Assembly: GCF_009914755.1 (NCBI RefSeq) | Contig: NC_060930.1 | Direction: 5' to 3' (one strand) | Source: the human T2T-CHM13v2.0 reference genome, Homo sapiens | Length of the DNA stretch: 64,000 bases | Notes under the pieces: model-generated | What the model was told of the DNA's origin: nothing | What the model saw: only the letters and a program-made list of their open reading frames with translations | The model's database searches: none | Part shown: positions 45,921 through 57,400 of the stretch, one piece after another | Layout: every line of letters starts with the position of its first letter | How positions within the stretch are numbered: position 1 is the first letter of the stretch | Translations under genes and position numbers: made by a program

Positions 45921-46238
45921 CTCTGTTGTTGCTTTTGTTGGTTCATTGGTTTTTGAGAGAGTCTTCCTCTGTCATCCAGACTGGAGTGCAGTGCTGCAAT
46001 CACAGCTCACTGCAGCTTCAACTTCCCAGGCTTGAGCAATGCTGTCACCTCAGCCCCCTAAGTAGCTGGGACTACAGGTGTGTACCATCACACTTGGCTA
46101 ATTTTTTTATTTTTTGTAGAGATGGGGTCTCACTATATTGCCCAGATTTATCTCCAACTCCTGGGCTCAAGTAATTCTCCGTGCCTTGGCCTTCCAAAGT
46201 GGTGGGATTACAGGTATGAGCCACCACACATGACCTTC
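45921..46238 (-). mobile_element. AluJ
   Basis: TSD gcagcagccttctt at 45907 and 46239. Confidence 0.9.
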
Positions 46239-46520
46239 GCAGCAGCCTTCTTGACAGGGATAGTATGCACCATGGTAATTGCTCTGTCCAAAAACCTTGC
46301 TTCTTGTTGCATGAAATGTTTTTCCCTTTTTTTTTCTACTTTCTGAAATCTGATCAAGCAGAGGTTTTATCTTAAAACTAGAATCATAGATTATTATTAT
46401 TTTAGGACTGAAGAGACCTTAAAGTTAAGCTATAGTGATTAGATTCTGGTGTAATAACTCTCTTCATTTTCCATATAGAGAGGTTAACCTCGATGTAGTG
46501 ATTTGAATTAACTGGTAACC

Positions 46521-46817
46521 TTTTTTTTTCTTTTTGTTATGGAGTCTCCCTCTGTTGCCCAGGCTGCAGTGCAGTAGTGCAATCTCGGCTCACTACAACC
46601 TCCATCTCTTAGGTACAAGCGATTCTCGTGCCTCAGCCTCTTGAGTAGCCAGGATTACAGGCGGACGCCACCATGCCCAGCTAATTTTTGTATTTTTAGT
46701 AGAGACAGGGTTTTACTATGTTTGCCAGGCTGGTCTCGAACTCCTGACCTCAGATGATCTGCCCACCTCAGCCTCCCAAAGTGCTAGGATTATAGGCGTG
46801 AGCCACTGTACCCAGCC
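46521..46817 (-). mobile_element. AluS
   Basis: TSD aactggtaacc at 46510 and 46818. Confidence 0.94.
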
Positions 46818-46828
46818 AACTGGTAACC

Positions 46829-46862
<34 letters not shown>

Positions 46863-46910
46863 CAGGAATTGAAGACTATCAACCAGCTACTCATATGTTA
46901 ATTTAAAATA

Positions 46911-47535
46911 CAGTTGGCCCTCCATATTCATAGGTTCCACATCAGTGGATTCAACCACCTACTGATTGAAAATATTCAGGGGCCAGGTGTGATGGCTCAC
47001 CTGTAATCCCAGCACCTTGGAAGGCTTAAACCCAGGAGTTTGAGCCAGCCTGGGTAAAACAGTGAAACCTGATCTCTACCAAAAAAAAAAAAATAAGCCA
47101 AACATAGTGGTGTGTGCCTGTAATCCCAGCTACTCAGGAGGCTGAGATGGGAGGATCACTTGAGCCTGGGAGGCAGAAATTGCAGTGAGCCAAGATCATG
47201 CCACTGAGCCAGGTTCACTCCACTGCACTTCAGCCTGGGTGACAAAGTGAGACCCTGTCTCAAAAAAGAAAAGGAAAAAAAAATTCTATAGAGTTCCAAA
47301 AAGCAAAACTTGAGTTTGCCACAAGTGTACTGTATTGAATCTATGCAAATGAAGTAATATGTAGCCATTGTATTAGGTATTATAAGTAATACAGAGATGA
47401 ATTAAATTATGTGAGAAGATGTCCATAGTTTGTATGCAAATACTATGCCATTTTATATAAGGGACTTGAGCATTGTGGATTTTGGTATCCACAGGAATCC
47501 TGGAACCAATGCCCCCAGATTCTAAAGGACAACTG
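46911..47535. mobile_element. MER2 (Tigger MITE) interrupted by a + strand AluJ at about 46981-47283
   Basis: TA flanks, TIRs cagttggccct / aaggacaactg, and MER2 body motifs (tatgcaaatactatgccattttatataagggacttgagcat). Confidence 0.85.
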
Positions 47536-48940
47536 TAATTAATGTCTTAAATCCTAATTGAGATCTGCAAAGGAATTGGAGCAGATGGCTTGGGATCTTT
47601 TTATTTATATAGTATACTCTTCACTAGACTCCTTGAGGTTTAAGAGTTGAAAAATACATCCCTGCCTTTAAGGATTTTGTAGTCTGTTGATGGAAACTCA
47701 AAACCAGTAGCAATATTATATGGGTCTTTCTACTAGAGTGGAATCTTGAATATCCAGTGAGGGTACATTGCTTAGTGCAGTGCCTGGTATAAAGTAGGTG
47801 CTGAATGAATAAAAGAAGTGGGCCATAATAACCCACTTGTCTATTTTCGTTACTCACTTAGTAATGGCTAAAGAGGGAGGAGAGAGTGTTCCTAGTCACA
47901 GAAAAAAACACATAAAGTAGTATCAAGACAAATGAGAGAATGGAATATTTGGGGAACTACAGGTAGCTCAGTTGTTTGAGTAGAGGGAAAGATAAAAGAG
48001 GAAACTAGAACAGATGAGGCAGTGGTCAGACTGTGAAGTCCTTTTCGTATTCCACACTAAGGTTTATATTTCATTCTGAAATACATGGTAATTATTTAAA
48101 GAGTTTTAAAACAGGGTAAAGCATGATGTTATGAGTGGGCAGGGAAGAACTGAATGGGATGTTACATGGGAAACTGAAAGCAACATGCAAGCCTTGGGTG
48201 GCTTTAGGTCAAGGATACTAGGCAGCCAGAGGGAAAGAACAGAAAAGGCAATGGGAAGAGGGTACAAAAGACAAACCTTTCTGTTTTCCAGAACTTACCT
48301 GGTGCTGTTCTTTTCCTGGAAAGGGATTGAGTTTCTGTTCCTCCTCTGAATTAATGTCACTTAGCTTTCTGTTCCTGTGACTCATCAATTTAAGCTTGTG
48401 CTATTAGTATTTGTGATTAACTGTTATGAATTAAATAGATTTTTATGGGCAAATCACTTAATTACATTGTCTTTATAGAAAATTGTTGTGAATTTTAATT
48501 CAACTTTTAAAACTTACCTGCTGTATAGCCAGTTTATGATTTGAATATTGCCTGTTCACTTATTTTCAAGTACACACATGAAAGGTCAGAAGGAAAAAAA
48601 ATTGTAAAATATAGTTTCTTTTGTTTCATTGTCATTAATGTAAAGGTTTCAGGTTTAATTATAACATGAAAATGTTTTTAAAGCAAATTTATTGAGGCTC
48701 CTCACCCTTAATGAATCAAAATGAACCTTTGAATTTAGTTGCAGACTGGATTAGAATAGAATGTCAGTGGAATTCCCCTTTTAAATAATTTTAGATGTGT
48801 CTTGTGAGCAATAAGTAGAATTCTTTAATCAGCTTTTGCCATTCCTGGAGAAAAGGCTCAATATTCATATGATATAAAATAGTTATATTCTGCAAGACAG
48901 ATACCCTTCATCCAGAAATCCTTCATTCTCTGAATCCTTT

Positions 48941-49268
<328 letters not shown>

Positions 49269-49714
49269 TCTCTTAATCCTTTTTTAAAATTTCTCCATCA
49301 TTTCCTGAATTTCTGAATAATCACACTGCTTCTCAGAACTTTCACCAGTAAGAACTTGTACCAGTTCTTCTGACATTATTATATGTGCCTTCAGTATTAC
49401 TTTTAATCATCTTTATGGTTTACTTGGCCCTTAATTCCTCCCAGACTTCTTTCTTTGTGTCTTTCTGTGTGTAGTATGCAGCTTCACAGACCACAGGTGA
49501 TTTTTTTCTTTCTTGCATATCGTAATAGAGGAGTGGCCTAATTGTTCACCATTAGCAGCCCCTTAAGGCATGTAACAGAGATGCAGATGTTTTACTGTAC
49601 AAGTTTTAAGACACAGATCTATCTAGGAATAGTATAACATATACAAGTTTATATGAAATCAAGAGACAACCATATGGTCCCACTTCCTTCCCAGTTTTCA
49701 TCTTCCCTGTCATT

Positions 49715-50353
<639 letters not shown>

Positions 50354-51460
50354 TAAAAATACGTCTCTTCATACTTTTCTTTCTATTCATTTTCTTTTTG
50401 GTCATTGTGCTCTTGCTGTTTCTAAAATCAAGACCAATTCAGTATCCCAGGCTCCTTTTCCTTTTTAGTAAAAATACTAAAATACTTTTGCCCTACAAGT
50501 TTAAGCTTCTGATTTAGTAAAATATTTTCTTCTTAACTTAATGAAAATAGAGGCCCTATCAGTTCTCTCTACTTATTTTCTTTGTTGCCTTTTGATCCTG
50601 TATCGTACATATTTTATTCCAATGAATGTGGCCACATCCTGTGGCTATCTTATTTCTCATTTATCATTGTTCCCTTCTGGTCTTTAAAACCCATTTTTAT
50701 CTCTTTACTCCATGTGTCTTTCAAATGACTTACCTTTGTTATTGCTATCTAATAATAATAGTTCAAGATGCTAATTCAAAAGAAAAAGTTTGTTGGGCTA
50801 TGTCTACCCCTACTCCTAATTCTTAAGCTGGTCCAGCCATGAGGTAGGTAATTTGACATTTGGTTTTATGATAGCACTAGAATCTCCACTATTAGGGATT
50901 AGTACCTTATTTTATAGAAGCAAACTATTTCTTTCAGTACTGATCAGTTTGGAAATATGGGGATGTTCTCAGTTTTATAATTAGATTAGAAGGGTTTTGT
51001 TTCAGTTAGATTGCTTATGCAAACAGGAAGTAAGAGTTACAATAAGGATGACATTTATTGATCATTTACTATGTGCCAGACATTATACTAAACTATAACA
51101 CATATTTAATCTCCTTTAATACAGCAGTTTAATGAAGTTTAAGTGCTGTTTTGACCTCTGTTTTATAAGTGGGATGGGAAAGGTCAGAAAAGTCAAATAA
51201 CTTCCAAGTTTGCCTAGCCATTAAATAATTTCATACCAAAGTCTTAGCTTCTAATACTTAAACATTTTCTGCCCTTCTATGCAGTTCATTTTACATACAC
51301 ACATACCAGACTAAGCTGCAGTGCTTTAGAAGGGGAATCCTTTCATAAGTTGCTATTGCAAGATTTGAGTAAAACAAATCTCAATCTTAACTAAATTCTG
51401 AAATAAATTAGTGTTGATTAGTGTAGATTAAATTAACATTTCCTATTTGCTTTTTCACAG

Positions 51461-54400
51461 ACTGAAGGGGCTGGACTTGCTACCTGTATAGAACTGTGTG
51501 TAAAGGCTCTTCGCTTGGAGTCTACAGAAAATACTGAAGTGAAAATATCTATTTGCAAGACCATTTCATGTTTGTTGCCTGATGATCTGGAAGTTAAACG
51601 TGCTTGTCAACTGAGTGAATTTCTTATTGAGCCTACAGTAGATGCGTATTATGCTGTGGAAATGTTGTATAATCAGCCAGACCAGAAATATGATGAAGAG
51701 AATCTTCCAATACCAAATTCTTTACGCTGTGAGCTGTTACTTGTATTGAAAACTCAATGGCCCTTTGATCCAGAATTCTGGGATTGGAAAACCTTGAAAC
51801 GACAATGTCTTGCATTAATGGGAGAAGAAGCATCCATTGTGTCTTCAATAGATGAACTAAATGACAGTGAAGTATATGAAAAAGTGGTAGACTACCAAGA
51901 AGAGAGTAAAGAAACTTCTATGAATGGGCTTTCTGGTGGAGTTGGTGCTAATTCTGGCCTTCTTAAAGACATTGGTGATGAAAAGCAGAAGAAGAGAGAG
52001 ATAAAACAGTTAAGAGAGAGGGGATTTATATCTGCTCGGTTTAGGAATTGGCAAGCCTACATGCAGTATTGTGTGTTGTGTGACAAAGAATTCCTTGGTC
52101 ACAGAATAGTACGACATGCTCAGAAACATTACAAAGATGGAATTTATAGTTGCCCCATATGTGCAAAGAACTTTAATTCTAAAGAAACTTTTGTCCCTCA
52201 TGTCACACTGCATGTTAAACAATCTAGTAAAGAGAGACTAGCAGCTATGAAACCATTAAGAAGATTGGGAAGGCCTCCAAAGATCACAACTACCAATGAA
52301 AATCAGAAGACTAATACTGTGGCTAAACAGGAGCAGCGACCTATAAAAAAGAATAGTCTCTATTCAACAGATTTTATAGTGTTTAATGACAATGATGGTT
52401 CAGATGATGAGAATGATGACAAAGATAAATCCTATGAGCCAGAAGTGATTCCAGTCCAGAAACCAGTACCTGTTAATGAATTTAATTGCCCTGTAACTTT
52501 TTGTAAAAAGGGCTTTAAGTACTTTAAAAATTTAATTGCTCATGTGAAGGGGCATAAAGATAATGAAGACGCCAAGCGCTTTCTTGAAATGCAGAGCAAA
52601 AAAGTTATTTGCCAGTACTGTAGGCGGCATTTTGTGAGTGTTACTCATCTCAATGATCACTTACAGATGCACTGTGGCAGTAAACCATATATCTGTATAC
52701 AGATGAAATGTAAAGCTGGTTTTAATAGTTACGCCGAGCTTTTAACCCACCGAAAGGAGCATCAAGTCTTTAGAGCAAAATGTATGTTTCCTAAATGTGG
52801 AAGAATTTTTTCGGAAGCTTATTTACTATATGATCATGAAGCACAACATTATAATACGTACACTTGTAAGTTCACAGGTTGTGGTAAAGTTTATCGTTCT
52901 CAGGGTGAGCTGGAAAAGCATCTGGATGATCACAGTACTCCTCCTGAAAAAGTGCTGCCTCCTGAAGCCCAACTTAATTCATCTGGAGATTCCATTCAGC
53001 CTTCTGAAGTGAATCAGAACACAGCAGAGAATATTGAGAAAGAAAGATCTATGCTTCCTTCAGAAAATAACATTGAAAACAGCTTACTAGCAGATAGAAG
53101 TGATGCTTGGGATAAAAGCAAAGCAGAATCAGCTGTGACCAAACAAGACCAGATTTCTGCCTCTGAGCTCAGGCAAGCTAATGGACCATTGTCAAATGGT
53201 TTGGAAAACCCTGCTACTACTCCTCTACTTCAATCCAGTGAAGTAGCTGTGTCCATTAAGGTGTCTCTCAATCAGGGGATTGAGGATAACTTTGGAAAGC
53301 AAGAAAACTCAACTGTGGAAGGCAGTGGTGAAGCACTGGTCACAGACTTACATACGCCAGTTGAAGATACTTGTAATGATTTGTGTCATCCAGGTTTCCA
53401 GGAGAGAAAAGAACAAGATTGCTTTAATGATGCCCATGTTACTCAGAATTCTTTAGTAAATTCAGAAACTCTCAAAATAGGTGACCTTACCCCACAAAAC
53501 TTAGAAAGACAAGTGAACAACTTGATGACCTTTTCTGTGCAAAATCAGGCAGCATTTCAAAACAATTTACCAACTTCCAAATTTGAATGTGGAGATAATG
53601 TTAAAACATCATCCAATCTTTATAATTTACCTCTTAAGACATTAGAAAGTATTGCATTTGTTCCACCGCAGTCCGACCTAAGTAATTCATTAGGAACTCC
53701 ATCAGTGCCTCCAAAAGCTCCAGTTCAGAAATTCAGCTGCCAGGTCGAGGGATGTACTCGAACCTATAATTCTTCACAGAGTATTGGGAAACACATGAAG
53801 ACAGCACACCCTGACCAATATGCTGCATTTAAAATGCAGCGCAAAAGTAAAAAAGGTCAGAAAGCTAACAACTTAAATACACCAAATAATGGAAAGTTTG
53901 TTTATTTTTTGCCATCACCGGTGAACAGCTCAAATCCATTTTTTACATCACAGACCAAAGCCAATGGGAATCCTGCTTGTTCGGCCCAGTTGCAGCATGT
54001 CTCGCCACCCATTTTTCCAGCTCATTTAGCAAGTGTGTCAACTCCATTGTTGTCCTCAATGGAAAGTGTCATAAATCCAAATATAACTTCTCAGGATAAA
54101 AATGAACAAGGTGGTATGTTATGTTCCCAAATGGAAAATTTACCTAGTACTGCCTTGCCAGCACAAATGGAAGATCTAACCAAAACAGTTCTGCCTTTGA
54201 ATATTGACAGTGGCTCAGATCCTTTCCTTCCTTTACCTGCAGAAAGTAGTTCAATGTCTCTCTTCCCTTCACCAGCAGATAGTGGGACTAATTCTGTTTT
54301 TTCCCAACTGGAAAATAATACAAATCATTATTCCTCACAGATTGAAGGAAACACTAATTCCTCCTTTCTAAAGGGGGGTAATGGTGAAAATGCAGTTTTT

Positions 54401-57400
54401 CCTTCACAAGTGAATGTTGCAAATAACTTCAGTAGCACCAATGCCCAACAGTCTGCACCTGAAAAAGTTAAAAAAGACCGTGGGCGGGGCCCAAATGGGA
54501 AGGAAAGAAAACCTAAGCACAACAAAAGGGCTAAATGGCCTGCAATTATCAGAGATGGGAAATTTATCTGTAGCAGGTGTTACAGGGCTTTTACTAATCC
54601 CAGATCACTGGGTGGGCACTTATCCAAGCGATCTTACTGTAAACCACTGGATGGAGCCGAAATTGCTCAAGAACTTCTACAGAGTAATGGACAGCCTTCT
54701 CTTCTTGCCAGCATGATTCTCTCCACAAGTGCAGTAAATTTGCAGCAGCCACAACAATCTACCTTCAATCCAGAAGCATGTTTTAAAGATCCATCATTTC
54801 TACAGCTTCTTGCTGAAAATCGCTCGCCAGCATTTTTACCAAATACATTTCCTCGATCTGGTGTGACTAACTTTAATACCAGTGTCAGTCAAGAAGGTAG
54901 TGAAATTATTAAACAGGCTTTGGAAACTGCTGGCATTCCCAGTACATTTGAGGGTGCCGAAATGCTTTCTCATGTTTCAACAGGTTGTGTCTCTGATGCA
55001 TCACAAGTAAATGCAACGGTGATGCCAAATCCAACTGTACCACCCCTGTTGCACACTGTATGCCATCCAAACACCTTGCTGACCAACCAGAATAGGACGT
55101 CAAACTCCAAAACTTCCTCCATTGAGGAATGTAGCAGCTTGCCTGTTTTTCCAACGAATGACTTACTACTGAAGACTGTTGAAAATGGTTTGTGCTCTAG
55201 TTCATTTCCTAATTCTGGTGGGCCATCACAAAATTTTACCAGTAACAGTTCTCGTGTTTCTGTTATAAGTGGTCCTCAGAACACAAGATCCAGTCATTTA
55301 AATAAAAAGGGAAACAGTGCTTCTAAGAGAAGAAAGAAAGTTGCTCCTCCACTAATTGCACCTAACGCTTCCCAAAACTTGGTAACAAGTGACTTAACAA
55401 CAATGGGACTCATAGCAAAGAGTGTTGAAATCCCAACTACTAACCTTCATTCAAATGTAATTCCAACTTGTGAACCTCAGAGTTTGGTGGAAAATCTAAC
55501 ACAGAAATTAAATAATGTTAACAATCAGTTATTTATGACTGATGTAAAAGAGAATTTCAAAACCAGTCTTGAGTCCCATACAGTGTTAGCCCCTTTAACA
55601 TTAAAAACTGAAAATGGTGATTCCCAAATGATGGCTTTGAATTCATGCACAACTTCAGTAAATTCTGATTTGCAGATTTCTGAAGACAATGTTATACAAA
55701 ACTTTGAAAAGACTCTTGAAATTATTAAAACTGCTATGAATTCTCAAATACTTGAGGTAAAAAGTGGATCTCAGGGTGCTGGTGAAACTTCACAAAATGC
55801 TCAAATAAATTATAACATTCAGCTTCCTTCAGTAAACACTGTGCAAAATAACAAATTACCCGATTCTTCTCCGTTTTCCTCCTTTATAAGTGTCATGCCA
55901 ACAAAAAGTAACATTCCTCAGTCTGAAGTATCACATAAGGAGGATCAAATACAGGAAATTTTAGAAGGCTTACAGAAATTAAAATTAGAAAATGACCTAT
56001 CCACTCCAGCATCCCAATGTGTACTGATAAATACATCAGTGACACTGACTCCCACGCCTGTTAAATCAACTGCAGATATCACAGTTATTCAGCCAGTTTC
56101 TGAAATGATAAACATTCAATTTAATGACAAAGTTAATAAACCCTTTGTGTGTCAAAACCAAGGCTGTAACTACAGTGCTATGACAAAGGATGCACTATTT
56201 AAGCACTATGGTAAAATTCATCAATACACTCCAGAAATGATTCTTGAAATTAAGAAGAATCAATTGAAATTTGCTCCCTTTAAATGTGTAGTACCTACAT
56301 GTACAAAAACATTTACAAGAAATTCTAACCTCCGGGCACACTGTCAGTTGGTGCATCATTTTACAACTGAAGAAATGGTAAAGTTAAAAATTAAAAGGCC
56401 TTATGGAAGAAAATCTCAGAGTGAAAATGTGCCGGCCTCACGAAGTACACAAGTGAAAAAACAGCTAGCTATGACAGAGGAAAATAAAAAGGAATCTCAG
56501 CCTGCTTTAGAATTGAGAGCAGAGACCCAAAATACCCACAGTAATGTAGCAGTGATCCCAGAAAAACAACTTGTAGAAAAAAAAAGTCCTGACAAAACAG
56601 AAAGTTCTTTACAAGTGATTACAGTTACTTCAGAACAATGTAATACAAATGCACTCACAAACACACAAACCAAAGGACGGAAGATTAGGAGGCATAAAAA
56701 AGAAAAGGAGGAGAAAAAACGAAAGAAGCCAGTTTCCCAATCCCTTGAGTTTCCAACAAGATACAGTCCTTACAGACCTTATCGATGTGTTCACCAGGGA
56801 TGCTTTGCTGCCTTTACGATACAGCAAAATTTGATTCTCCATTACCAGGCTGTACACAAATCAGATCTACCTGCATTTTCAGCAGAGGTCGAAGAGGAAA
56901 GTGAAGCTGGTAAAGAAAGTGAAGAAACTGAAACTAAACAAACTTTGAAAGAATTTCGATGTCAGGTAAGTGACTGTTCTCGAATTTTCCAAGCAATTAC
57001 TGGCCTAATACAACACTACATGAAACTTCATGAAATGACTCCTGAAGAAATTGAAAGTATGACTGCTTCAGTGGATGTTGGGAAGTTTCCATGTGACCAG
57101 TTAGAGTGTAAATCTTCATTTACTACATATTTGAACTATGTTGTTCATCTAGAGGCAGACCACGGGATTGGACTAAGGGCAAGTAAAACAGAAGAAGATG
57201 GTGTATACAAATGTGATTGTGAAGGCTGTGACCGTATATATGCAACCCGGTCGAATCTCCTCCGACACATTTTTAATAAGCATAATGACAAACATAAGGC
57301 TCATTTGATTCGTCCAAGAAGATTAACACCAGGCCAGGAAAATATGTCAAGCAAGGCAAACCAAGAAAAATCAAAGTCTAAACATCGGGGGACGAAGCAC

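Noticed and set aside
51515-51517. ORF-track 'start' of the 2,365-aa ORF
   Set aside because: It is a TTG (Leu) 18 codons inside the exon. The reading frame enters by splicing at 51461.
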